From the sequence record NC_041911.1: DNA of 64,000 bases; one strand, 5' to 3'. Positions 48,695 to 57,642 of the stretch are shown here, piece by piece; the stretch's first letter is position 1, and the number at the start of each line of letters is the position of its first letter. Made by a program: the position numbers and the translations under genes. The notes beneath the pieces are model-generated. The model had not been told where the DNA came from. It made no database searches and saw nothing but the letters and a program-made list of their open reading frames with translations.

Positions 48695-48790
48695 GATAAG
48701 TTCGCATAAGCTGGCGGAGGTAACTCCGAAACGATAGATTAAGCATGAGAGTAAATACTCTCTAGAAAAAATAAGTGCAGTAGCAGCATA

Positions 48791-48820
48791 AGCGAGAGAG
48801 GCCACCCGGCCTCTCTCGCT
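48791..48820. terminator. Terminator hairpin
   Basis: 13-bp stem AGCGAGAGAGGCC/GGCCTCTCTCGCT flanked by GCATA and TTTTATGT. Confidence 0.8.
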
Positions 48821-48833
48821 TTTATGTCGCTGA

Positions 48834-49409
48834 TTACTTCTTCAACGATGCATTGAGTTCGTCAACGACCTTACGGACTTTGTCTTCATCCATGTAGTCG
48901 TAACCGCTCAGCTTGTCGACGTGGATGCTGATGCTGTAACCGAACTCACCATGGCCGAACGTCTTGCGTTCGAGTGAGAAGCTCGTGATCTTCGCCGGAG
49001 CTTCCTCGATAGAACGTGTGTCGTTCAAAGCGTCAGCGTATGCCTTTAACCCAGCCACTGGCATATCTCCGACTACGCTCTTAGGTGGAAGGTAATCCGC
49101 ATCTTCGAGCACGATGTACGGCGTTGCATCGTTGGACGTACTCGGGGACTCGTTGGTCAGGCGATCAGCGGCTTCGAGGATCTCTGGGCATGCCGACCTG
49201 TCGCCGTTCATAGCTGCATTGAACATTGCCGCCGACTCAAGTAGCGATACCGAACCCGGCAGAATATCCAGCATTTCCGGAGCGGTCTCCAGCCAGAGCA
49301 TGACGGGTTCGCCGGCAGCGTCAGTGTCAGGCCAGCTCTTAATCAGTTCCTTGAGGTCTTTTACCGAGATGCCTTCAGGGAATACTTGCGGGAATTGTTC
49401 GACGGTCAT
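48834..49409 (-). CDS. Hypothetical protein
   Basis: 191 aa, AGGAG RBS. Confidence 0.65.
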   Translation of the reverse strand: MTVEQFPQVFPEGISVKDLKELIKSWPDTDAAGEPVMLWLETAPEMLDILPGSVSLLESAAMFNAAMNGDRSACPEILEAADRLTNESPSTSNDATPYIVLEDADYLPPKSVVGDMPVAGLKAYADALNDTRSIEEAPAKITSFSLERKTFGHGEFGYSISIHVDKLSGYDYMDEDKVRKVVDELNASLKK

Positions 49410-49499
49410 GACTCTCTCCTAACTATGGTTTATGTTTACTGCTCTGATAATGAAGAACGGCTTAGAGAGGGTAGGCCCTCTCTACGCAATTCTCACGCA

Positions 49500-49847
49500 T
49501 TACATCGGGGTGAGGTTGTACTTGACCATGTAGCGTTCGATCTCCATGTTGCGGTCGCTGAGGTTGTCGTAGAAGCAAACGCTGTCATTGCCGCATTGTT
49601 TCTCGACCTCCTTGAGCCACTTTTTGTGGAACTTAGGGATGACGTCCTTCTCGTTCTGCGGGACGTTGCTGGACGACATGATGCGGCTGTAGTTGCCCTT
49701 CATGCGAGTCATGCCACCGTTGATGGCCAGGTTGTAGCAGTTGTCATACTCGCGCTGGTCTTGCTTGGCTTCGCACATCGAGTTGCGCATGGCGAAGGAC
49801 TGGGTGCTGATTGCTGCAAGGATGAGGACTGCGAAAAGCTTTTTCAT
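49500..49847 (-). CDS. Secreted four-Cys helical protein, LprI/DUF1311-like
   Basis: Signal peptide ending SFA; C-x11-C-x47-C-x5-C; KKW..E..KQC..C..L..R. Confidence 0.6.
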   Translation of the reverse strand: MKKLFAVLILAAISTQSFAMRNSMCEAKQDQREYDNCYNLAINGGMTRMKGNYSRIMSSSNVPQNEKDVIPKFHKKWLKEVEKQCGNDSVCFYDNLSDRNMEIERYMVKYNLTPM

Positions 49848-49925
49848 GATGAATCTCCTAGATGACAAAAAAGAAAGCAGAGAGGACATCCTCTCTGCTC
49901 TATGCTGCGATTGCGATGGTGCGGG

Positions 49926-50351
49926 TTAAGCGGCGAGACGCTCGCGCAGCTTAGCCATGTCTTGTTGATCGAGAGCAAGCTTCTCGACGTGTTCCGGCGG
50001 CCGCTGGATGTTTTCCTTTTGGATCAGGATCTCAGCCGCCGAGTAGCAGCAGACACCATTTACCACGACGTACTTCTTGTCGGGACTGATGCCACGATGC
50101 AGGGCGTAATCACCATAGGCGATGTATTCGCCCATAATCGTGGTGCGAACTTCAGCGCCTTCATAGCGGCAGAGCTTGCGCTTGATCTGATCGTAGAGTT
50201 CTTCCGAGATGTCCAGATCCAGGTCTTCGGTTTCTTTGCGCAGACCGATCATCAGCAGAGCACCACCGGCTGACAGGACCAGTTCCTTGATGGTCAGGCG
50301 ATGTTGTTTGCGAAAACGCTCGTAAGCTACGATGAGTTCGGATTTGTTCAT
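49926..50351 (-). CDS. Minimal nucleotidyltransferase (Pol-beta superfamily)
   Basis: LVLSAGGALLMIGLRKETEDLDL: GG.A...G.R.T.DxD motif. Confidence 0.7.
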   Translation of the reverse strand: MNKSELIVAYERFRKQHRLTIKELVLSAGGALLMIGLRKETEDLDLDISEELYDQIKRKLCRYEGAEVRTTIMGEYIAYGDYALHRGISPDKKYVVVNGVCCYSAAEILIQKENIQRPPEHVEKLALDQQDMAKLRERLAA

Positions 50352-50387
50352 GAGTGTCTTTCAGATCCTAGTGGTTTAACACAAGTT

Positions 50388-50398
50388 GGTAATATGTA
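50388..50398 (-). promoter_or_regulatory. Early-promoter-like motif TACATATTACC
   Basis: 36 nt upstream of the nucleotidyltransferase start. Confidence 0.55.
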
Positions 50399-50409
50399 GC
50401 TGACTTTGT

Positions 50410-50610
50410 TTAGGATTTATGGCTCTTAACCGGAACCACGGAATTGCCAGTCCGGATACCGGTAACGGTGATACCTTTGCGCTTTGCCATCTTGACTTCA
50501 TTAGCAATGATGGTCTGACGCTCGGACGCGGGAACATTCTTCCAGCCTTCCGGAGTAACAAGTTCGCCAAGCGCATTGAGGATGAGTTTCTTGTCTTTGG
50601 GAGACGCCAT
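50410..50610 (-). CDS. Small basic hypothetical protein
   Basis: 66 aa, AGGA RBS. Confidence 0.55.
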   Translation of the reverse strand: MASPKDKKLILNALGELVTPEGWKNVPASERQTIIANEVKMAKRKGITVTGIRTGNSVVPVKSHKS

Positions 50611-50719
50611 GTTCCTTACTCCTCAGATGCAGGCCGGGAAGTCCCAGCTCTCGATTTCCAGCAGGAGATCAGTCATGCTGATCCAGACGACGTTCGAATT
50701 CATTGCGAGACCTTTCTGA

Positions 50720-51088
50720 TCAGTTGAGGCGTTGGTCAGGAACTCCAAACTTATATGTTTCCTGGTAAGTAAAGTCCTTGAACTTCTGGATCTGCTCGAT
50801 GTAGCAGGCGTCGTCTGGATAGCCCAGCTCACCTTTCTTGCAGACGCGGTTGGCTTCAGCCGAGATAGCTTGGCGCTTGGCTTCGACTTTTTGCTTCACA
50901 ACTGCAGGAACCTCCTTTGACTCCTGCACTGCGAAGTTGTACTCGTCAGCCTCTTGCAGGTAGCTGCCGACTAGATTCGACCAGCAATTGGTGCGTTCTG
51001 CCTTAGTCGGCAGGGTATCGCAGGTATTGACAGCGAAGGCGCTGGAGGCCGTCAGAGCGATTACAATCGCTAGGATATAGTTGCGCAT
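50720..51088 (-). CDS. Secreted four-Cys helical protein, paralog of 49500-49847
   Basis: Signal peptide ending AFA; C-x11-C-x47-C-x11-C. Confidence 0.6.
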   Translation of the reverse strand: MRNYILAIVIALTASSAFAVNTCDTLPTKAERTNCWSNLVGSYLQEADEYNFAVQESKEVPAVVKQKVEAKRQAISAEANRVCKKGELGYPDDACYIEQIQKFKDFTYQETYKFGVPDQRLN

Positions 51089-51159
51089 GTTGTTCACCTT
51101 TTAATCGGCATAGAGAGCAGCCTAGGCTGCTCCTACGGGGTTTTGGAGTGGATTTATGT

Positions 51160-51957
51160 CTAGGCTGCGGTTTCGAACTTCAAACCGACAGCGCTGACAG
51201 ACGACAGCAACTCGATATGGTCCGGCATGAGCAGGAGATGGAAGTCGGAGTCGCGAGGATCAGCGCTTACTCCTACGCGGATCAAATCACTGGTGTCGCG
51301 ATTTACATCGACCTGCTGCGGGAACAATACGTACGGATGATGCTGATTGAGCCGAGATACGTAGTCCATCAGCGAGATATCGGCGACGAGATCCTTCGAC
51401 GAATCGAGAACGATACTGGCCATCACAGCTTTCAGGCCCGGAACTCTCTGTTCTTGGAAGAACGGATCAGCATCACGATTTGCCGTCATGCGGTGGTAAG
51501 CGGTTTGTGTTAGCAGCGCTTCGCGCAAAGCACGCACCAGCAATACGGCCTTCTCGATTGCTTCGTTGGTTTCGGTGATCTCGTCATCATTCCACGAAGC
51601 ATAGAGCTGGCTGATATAGCCGGAGAAGAAGCGCTCAGTAGCGATGATGAACAACTTGTGTTCCGGGGACTCGGTCATCATAGTCGGGACCACACCCGCT
51701 GCCGCTGGCATGAAGCCGAAGCCAGCGTGAGCACCTGCAATGACGCGCCGCCGCGCTCCAAAGCGACCGGCGACTGGAGCGTCGCCATGATGTTGGATTG
51801 CTTGTTCTTCCGAACCCAAATGCGTTCGGCCGTTGAGGTCTTCCTTGGGAGTATCTGCGCCACCGGCGATTTCAACCACAGGCGGCAAGCCGGATTCAGC
51901 TTGGCCGTCTTTCTTGGTTTCGAAGGTGGTGCCGGTTGCGGTATCGGTAATAGCCAT
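51160..51957 (-). CDS. Hypothetical protein
   Basis: Start MAITDT with AAGGA RBS. Confidence 0.65.
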   Translation of the reverse strand: MAITDTATGTTFETKKDGQAESGLPPVVEIAGGADTPKEDLNGRTHLGSEEQAIQHHGDAPVAGRFGARRRVIAGAHAGFGFMPAAAGVVPTMMTESPEHKLFIIATERFFSGYISQLYASWNDDEITETNEAIEKAVLLVRALREALLTQTAYHRMTANRDADPFFQEQRVPGLKAVMASIVLDSSKDLVADISLMDYVSRLNQHHPYVLFPQQVDVNRDTSDLIRVGVSADPRDSDFHLLLMPDHIELLSSVSAVGLKFETAA

Positions 51958-52018
51958 GGTCTTTCCTTTAAGAACAGAGTGGTGAAGTTGGGCCAGTGGT
52001 GATGGCCCGGGTAGTGGA

Positions 52019-53017
52019 TCAAGAATTCTTGCGATCGATTTCCTCAATGATCAGAGTTTCATGGAGGATGAGGCCAAGAGTAACGTGCGCAAGTGTTTGT
52101 TGCTGGCGCCGTAGCTCTATGGTTCCGCTCTGATTAATCAGACTCTTGATTTCCTCGAAATACGCGTAGACCGCCTGAACATGTGGGAGCTTCAGAGTCG
52201 TCTTGCGAGGGCGATATAAGCGATGAGCGTGAAGTTCTTTCGAGTTGGTAAACGTCGTGATATGCATCAGGACGGATTGATCTCGTGCAATATGCGCCAT
52301 AAAGCGTAGCGTAATGCGGCGCTCTGCATAACCTTCAAAGCCAAAATACAGGCACAACGAAATTAGTTCATCGTCATCGCGAGAGTATTCATCAGCGTAG
52401 ACCATCTTCTCAATCTTCGACAGATTGATAAGATCGACGACATAATCCATTCTCCGTTGTTTCTGGTAACTGGGTTGCGTCTTGAGGTCGATCGCGATCG
52501 CCATCTGGCCGCTGCAGTAATCCAGATCAGCGATATTCGGAATATCATATTCGGAGATATTAGCCGCATCAATTGCAGTCTCGATTGCAGCTTTAGTGGC
52601 TGTGTAATTCCCTGCAATGCGATCAATGCGAGCTTGATGGGTCTCACCAGGCCGCGCTGCATAAATCGCAGCTACGTCCATTACTGGCGCAGGAATCAGG
52701 TAATCTTCAATCAACGCAATATGCGTTAGGCCTAATTCTTTCCCGTGTTCAAATACTTCGCCAACGACATAGCAGCACAGGTTAAACACTGTGCTTGCTT
52801 TTTCCCCTACGCGTAGCATGCGCTGAATGTAGGGATGGTCGGCCCTATCAGTTTTTCCAGCGAGGACGATATACGCGAGTTCGAGGCAGGTAGAACGAAG
52901 ATTCAGCAGATACTGTTCGGTATCTTGGTGCTCGTGCCGATACTGATGCACTTTTTCTTTCAGTGCTAGTAACTGTTGCCTTTTCTTATCAATAGACGCG
53001 CAGACTAGGTTATGCAT
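52019..53017 (-). CDS. Hypothetical protein (AT-richer than core genes)
   Basis: Start MHNLVC with AGGAG RBS. Confidence 0.65.
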   Translation of the reverse strand: MHNLVCASIDKKRQQLLALKEKVHQYRHEHQDTEQYLLNLRSTCLELAYIVLAGKTDRADHPYIQRMLRVGEKASTVFNLCCYVVGEVFEHGKELGLTHIALIEDYLIPAPVMDVAAIYAARPGETHQARIDRIAGNYTATKAAIETAIDAANISEYDIPNIADLDYCSGQMAIAIDLKTQPSYQKQRRMDYVVDLINLSKIEKMVYADEYSRDDDELISLCLYFGFEGYAERRITLRFMAHIARDQSVLMHITTFTNSKELHAHRLYRPRKTTLKLPHVQAVYAYFEEIKSLINQSGTIELRRQQQTLAHVTLGLILHETLIIEEIDRKNS

Positions 53018-53208
53018 TGTTACTTTCTCCTTCAGGTAGTGCAAATGAGGTTAGGTGTTACACTTGACTAGCTACCGTGGCTGAGATTTCACCATTCTTC
53101 TTAATTACAGGTTTATCCTCAGACCATACATCAGGGGTCGTAGTAAAAATGTCAGAAACTGCATAAAACCCGAGAGCGCTTGCCCTCGGGGTTTCGCGTT
53201 TTATGCCG

Positions 53209-54135
53209 TTATTGCTCGGCCGCCGCCAGCGCCTTATTCAGCGCAAGGTAGGCGTTGATTTCTGCACGAGCGACCTCTACTGCGGCAGAGAGGATCTGCC
53301 GCTGGATCTGGGACATCGATTCCCACGGAATAACAAACCGCAGTTGCTGGTGTTGGCTTGCCGCTGCATTGTAGGCCTCACGATTTGCCTGCACGGAGTC
53401 GTAATACATCCGGTAGACTTGCTCGGCAGAGATGTCGGGCTGATGAACCACGAGATGCATCGCCGCACGCGAGATGTCGTTATACGGAAGTGGCTTGAAG
53501 ATTTCACCGTTAGAGCCAAAGTTGCTCAGGAAAGTCGACAACGACTTAACTACCAATTCGGTTTGGTCAACTGTGATCAGTCTCGCCACACCTTCCACCA
53601 CCTTCGGGATACAGAACTCGACATAAGCACTGTCATTCTGGTCGTACAGCGCCACACGAATCACCACGTCCCAGTTCGGCTGATCAGGCACACGACGCAG
53701 CGTAAAAGAGCTAAGCACCTCCAGCTGCGGTGCCTGTGGATTGAGTTCTGCATAATAACCAACGAAACGCCGCACCGATTCGGAGAAGGCGCGGACATTG
53801 ACTGCATGCGGTGCCAGCTTGTCCTGCATGATGAGGCCGTGCTTGGCCAGTTCGCGTTTGATGAAACTCTCAACACGAGTCAGCGGGTCCGTAAGCACGT
53901 TATAAAGAACGGTGCTAGGTTCTTCCAGAAGGTGGAGTTTTGCCCACTGGTTGCGATCAACCGTGTTGAGGGTGGCACGCAGCATGCCGCGCAATTTGGA
54001 ATAGTGGCCGATCTTCTTAGCACCATCGAAGATCGATGCCAGAGTTTCGACCTCAACCGGCTTACCGAGTTGCAGGTCGCGTTCCAGGAAATCGCGCAGA
54101 GTGACAGCGCATACGGCAGGGGTATCCATTTGCAT
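53209..54135 (-). CDS. Hypothetical protein
   Basis: 308 aa, AAAGG RBS, followed by a family terminator. Confidence 0.65.
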   Translation of the reverse strand: MQMDTPAVCAVTLRDFLERDLQLGKPVEVETLASIFDGAKKIGHYSKLRGMLRATLNTVDRNQWAKLHLLEEPSTVLYNVLTDPLTRVESFIKRELAKHGLIMQDKLAPHAVNVRAFSESVRRFVGYYAELNPQAPQLEVLSSFTLRRVPDQPNWDVVIRVALYDQNDSAYVEFCIPKVVEGVARLITVDQTELVVKSLSTFLSNFGSNGEIFKPLPYNDISRAAMHLVVHQPDISAEQVYRMYYDSVQANREAYNAAASQHQQLRFVIPWESMSQIQRQILSAAVEVARAEINAYLALNKALAAAEQ

Positions 54136-54225
54136 CCTTTGGTTGTTATTCAGGCGGTGATTACTTTCCTATCAACACTATCTAGGTGTGGATACAAAAA
54201 TAATCAGCGGCATAAGAGGCACATT

Positions 54226-54800
54226 GCCCCAGCTCAAGCCATCTGGCCGCACCCCTACGCTCAGTAAGGGATTTAGGTTGATGGTCGTGGCTGGGGCGTA
54301 TGCTTTTCATTGAGTGGCGCCAATCGTTCAACAAAGTGATAGCTAAGGGAAGTCTTGGAGAGCATCAGTCTACCAAGAGCGACACGAAACTAGCATCGGT
54401 GTCTATTACGTTATTGCCGAGTCCCACACAGGAACTATTACTCGAAGGGGAGTGTATCTGGAGCGAGAATCTCACTCAGTTAGGGCATGGTCATTTACCC
54501 TCAGATATACGCGAGCGCATCGCTGACGTACGCAAGTATGTCTGCAATCAACGAGGCGCCGCTGGGACCGTGAGCGACTGCATGTAAGTCTGAGTGAGAT
54601 ATGCTAGCGTACCTACTTCTCACTGTGCCGAACAGCCCTCTCGCTGGCGCAGTCACCTGCCAGCGTCGATATCGCACGCGGCTGCTCAGGCCGCGGTTGA
54701 AGAGGGCTTTGCATCCAGGACACAGGGTACGAGCCAGCCCGAAATACGGAGCTGGCCAATGAGAAGTAGGAGTTACGCCAGAAGCCCCAGCTCAGATAGC
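54226..54800. ncRNA. Candidate large structured non-coding RNA of unknown class
   Basis: No convincing ORF; perfect helices 54469-79/54590-600 and 54612-22/54760-70 (11 bp each), 54634-41/54701-08, plus nested hairpins; terminal GCCCCAGCTCA repeat. Confidence 0.55.
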
Positions 54801-54887
54801 TGAAGAATCCGAAGATGTTTGTTCTCCTTGTTCTTTGTTGAGTGTTGTGCACTCGTGGTCAAATAATTAGCCACCCCATGTAATTTC

Positions 54888-55139
54888 TTACAGGGATGCT
54901 GTTTTACAGAGATATTCATCAAGCGCTTGTGCAGTGCGATCGATTCTCCATTGATTCAGTAACACGTTTGCCGAGGCAATTGCAACGGCGGGAGGATCTG
55001 GTTCTTCAGTGATCACTCCTGCCGCTAGCTCAGCATCATGTTTAGCCTTAGCACGATGATACGCGAGATGCTTATCAAACGTAGCGCGAGCTGTCAACTT
55101 CGACGGTGTAGCTGATGCTACGCGCCAGTTGGTCGGCAT
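54888..55139 (-). CDS. Hypothetical protein (true start uncertain)
   Basis: 83-aa ORF overlapping the 3' end of the upstream gene. Confidence 0.35.
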   Translation of the reverse strand: MPTNWRVASATPSKLTARATFDKHLAYHRAKAKHDAELAAGVITEEPDPPAVAIASANVLLNQWRIDRTAQALDEYLCKTASL

Positions 55140-55503
55140 GGTCGAAAATCTCCAGCGTGTAGCGCCAGTTCTTATCGCTCTTCGAGCGGGTCAGCTTGGC
55201 GGTTTCCAGACCTTGCTTGAACGCTTGTTTGAAAGCGACAGCATAGTCGATGTAGTAAGCCAGGTCGCGCTCTTGCTTCCACGACAGACCGATGCTGCTG
55301 CGCAGGAAGCCCTGCACGCGGCGCAGTTCCTTGTCCAGAGCAGCGATGTGGACGGTCAGGTTCGTATAATACTCAACGCTCTTGACTTCGAAGATTTCTT
55401 CCTTCACCGGTGCAACCACTTTCGGTGCCGGAGCTTCTTCAGCCATGTTGAAGAAAGCCAGGATAGCGTGGGAGATACGGTCGATTTTGTTCAGTGCATT
55501 CAT
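55075..55503 (-). CDS. Hypothetical protein
   Basis: 142 aa, GGAG RBS, core-like codon bias. Confidence 0.65.
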   Translation of the reverse strand: MNALNKIDRISHAILAFFNMAEEAPAPKVVAPVKEEIFEVKSVEYYTNLTVHIAALDKELRRVQGFLRSSIGLSWKQERDLAYYIDYAVAFKQAFKQGLETAKLTRSKSDKNWRYTLEIFDHADQLARSISYTVEVDSSRYV

Positions 55504-55543
55504 GATAGACTCCAGTACAGTTGTTAGGTTTTGATCGAAATGA

Positions 55544-55879
55544 TCAGATTGCGCTCAAGCAGGTATAAGCAGCCTTGTCCCAGCCAGACCACGTTTGGAT
55601 AGAAACTTCCACACGGGTGCAGCCAGTGCTGCCAACGGGTGTGCGCGTAATCTTCAACTGACTGAAGTCGCGCTCAGAAAAGCTGGTTACTGCATTGTGA
55701 AACGCCATGATGTCTGCCATAGCTTCGGCTTGCAAACCGAAACGACGGGCATAAAAGAGAGCCTGGAGGCCCTCTATGTGCGCAGCCACACGGCCTTCTT
55801 TTACATTAGAGAAAATCTCTTCGCGCGGCAGCTGTTCGATAGCTTCGCGTTCTTCACGATAGAGTACAGACACATCCAT
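55544..55879 (-). CDS. Hypothetical protein
   Basis: 111 aa, AGGAG RBS. Confidence 0.6.
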   Translation of the reverse strand: MDVSVLYREEREAIEQLPREEIFSNVKEGRVAAHIEGLQALFYARRFGLQAEAMADIMAFHNAVTSFSERDFSQLKITRTPVGSTGCTRVEVSIQTWSGWDKAAYTCLSAI

Positions 55880-56033
55880 CTCCTAGGAGCATAAGGTGAT
55901 TAAGCACCGCCACCCAAGAGATGGGCGCGGTGCTACGTTTGTTGCTGCTGCATGTATTGCCTTCCTACGAACTATCCTTGTTCAGAAGCTGGGCGCTAAT
56001 TAGGCGCCATAGCAAAGCAACTGCATAAAAGAC

Positions 56034-56384
56034 TTACCAACCGTTCCCTTGGAAACGGAAGGCTTCACGTTCTGTGTAGGTCATCATCGCTTCCGAGCGA
56101 CGTTGTGCGTGTTGTGTAGCATCGGCCTTCAGGTTAGCAACCTTGTGACGGATGCTGTACTCGCTACGGCCCTTGCCGAGCCAGTAAGTAGCAGCGTCGT
56201 CGACAACCTTGAAGACATCCTGCTTACGCTTCTCCCAGCGCGCTGCTTCAGCAGCTTCTGCAGAGTGAGCACGGTCTTGCTTGGCCATGTCGCAGGCTGC
56301 GTTAAGAGCGATACCCAGCAGTCCGCCAATTGCGCGACCAATCAGTTCGCTACCCGAAGCGGATTTTTTGGTGATGGAGTTCAT
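56034..56384 (-). CDS. Hypothetical protein with N-terminal glycine-zipper-like segment
   Basis: GRAIGGLLGIAL; AAGGA RBS. Confidence 0.6.
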   Translation of the reverse strand: MNSITKKSASGSELIGRAIGGLLGIALNAACDMAKQDRAHSAEAAEAARWEKRKQDVFKVVDDAATYWLGKGRSEYSIRHKVANLKADATQHAQRRSEAMMTYTEREAFRFQGNGW

Positions 56385-56446
56385 GGTGTTTTCCTTTAAT
56401 CTAGAGTTATGGTGATGTAAATACGTCGTAGGTCGCACCCTACGGT

Positions 56447-56707
56447 TTAAAGGCCTGTCGCAACAAAGTTGTCGATCAGGAATTCAGCAAAACACAAATC
56501 CGTGAGACAGCGCTTCTTACCAGCTGCTTCAACCATGCTGCGAAGATTATTCTCGCGACAGTTCTTCTTCCACTGCTCGGTGAAGTCGCTGTGGTCGAGA
56601 TTCATCGCCGTTTTCAGTTTACTGAGCGCACGTTTGTACAAACGGTCAAACTTGAAGACGTCCGTGTGTCCGAACTGTTCCGGATTAATTGGCATGGCCA
56701 TGTACAT
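56447..56707 (-). CDS. Hypothetical protein
   Basis: 86 aa, AGGAG RBS. Confidence 0.55.
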   Translation of the reverse strand: MYMAMPINPEQFGHTDVFKFDRLYKRALSKLKTAMNLDHSDFTEQWKKNCRENNLRSMVEAAGKKRCLTDLCFAEFLIDNFVATGL

Positions 56708-56800
56708 TACAACTACTCCTTTTCCTTAATCTATTATTTTGTTTTGATGCAGCTGCATCGCGGAGGACTACCCGAAGGCAGTCCTTGACGATGAATCCGC

Positions 56801-57127
56801 TTACCACCACCGCGCTACGCAGAATGCCACGAAGCATTCGAGCGAGTCGAACAACTCCGGATCAGCTTCTCTCGTCGGACCGTAGAACAGCTCGCCCCAG
56901 ATCGGGAAGGCATGCAACGCACACGGTCGCAGTTCAATCACGATCTTGCAACCGTACACGTCAGCCATCAGCGTGTCTTCGGTGCGGTACTCCCACTTCA
57001 AGGTCTTCATGAACTTCTCGATGATTCGCTCACCATCGGTGTTGTTCTCGGGACGCTGGTGCAGGTAGATCACTGCAGCCTGATGATCGCGGGAAAAGTC
57101 ATCAGCGCATTTGAATACTTGGGACAT
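56801..57127 (-). CDS. Hypothetical protein
   Basis: 108 aa, GAGGA RBS. Confidence 0.6.
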   Translation of the reverse strand: MSQVFKCADDFSRDHQAAVIYLHQRPENNTDGERIIEKFMKTLKWEYRTEDTLMADVYGCKIVIELRPCALHAFPIWGELFYGPTREADPELFDSLECFVAFCVARWW

Positions 57128-57142
57128 GGGGTCGTTCCTCTT

Positions 57143-57283
57143 TTAGTAGAGAGATTTGCCACAATTGCACGGGCCAGAGTAACCATGACGCTCAGCGCCA
57201 CTGCCGCGACTGAGCAAGCAGTTAGTCTGACTACCATTGATGGTGAAGTACACCCAGCCCTTAGGAGCGCGAGTAGTTTTCAT
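57143..57283 (-). CDS. 46-aa small protein not in the ORF track (MKTTRAPKGWVYFTINGSQTNCLLSRGSGAERHGYSGPCNCGKSLY)
   Basis: AAGGA RBS, ATG to TAA, fills the gap between two same-strand genes. Confidence 0.5.
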   Translation of the reverse strand: MKTTRAPKGWVYFTINGSQTNCLLSRGSGAERHGYSGPCNCGKSLY

Positions 57284-57299
57284 TTCTCTTTCCTTCTAA

Positions 57300-57632
57300 T
57301 TAAAGACCAGTCCAGATAAAGTGATCGATCAGGGTGTGCATGTAAATTGCAGCTTGTAGAAACACTTGATCGATCGGATGACCGTCATCCTTATCGAAGA
57401 GTTGTTTGGCATGTTCACTCAACTCTTCTGCGCGACGATCGATATCGAGATGCTGGAAGCGTTGTCGGTTGTTATTCAGAGCTGCTGCGATTTTACTGAG
57501 AGCAGCGTAGCGCAGCTTTTCTTTTAACTCTTTCGGATCAAAGCCGCTAACATCCAAGCGACGAACATTCTCAAGTTCGTCGCTATGGATCATCGCTGCG
57601 TAGGCGCCACCGCCATCAAGATTGAGAAACAT
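57300..57632 (-). CDS. Hypothetical protein
   Basis: 110 aa, AAGGAG RBS. Confidence 0.6.
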   Translation of the reverse strand: MFLNLDGGGAYAAMIHSDELENVRRLDVSGFDPKELKEKLRYAALSKIAAALNNNRQRFQHLDIDRRAEELSEHAKQLFDKDDGHPIDQVFLQAAIYMHTLIDHFIWTGL

Positions 57633-57642
57633 GCTTTTCTCC

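Noticed and set aside
54290-54800. Identifying the structured region as RNase P RNA, tmRNA or a group I/II intron
   Set aside because: GGGAAGTC only loosely resembles the RNase P P4 strand and has no properly complementary partner; no T-arm/CCA end, P7 elements or domain V were found. Left unclassified.
54300-54852. ORFs 54300-54587 (+), 54594-54803 (+) and 54613-54852 (-)
   Set aside because: No good RBS, atypical composition, and better explained by the RNA structure.
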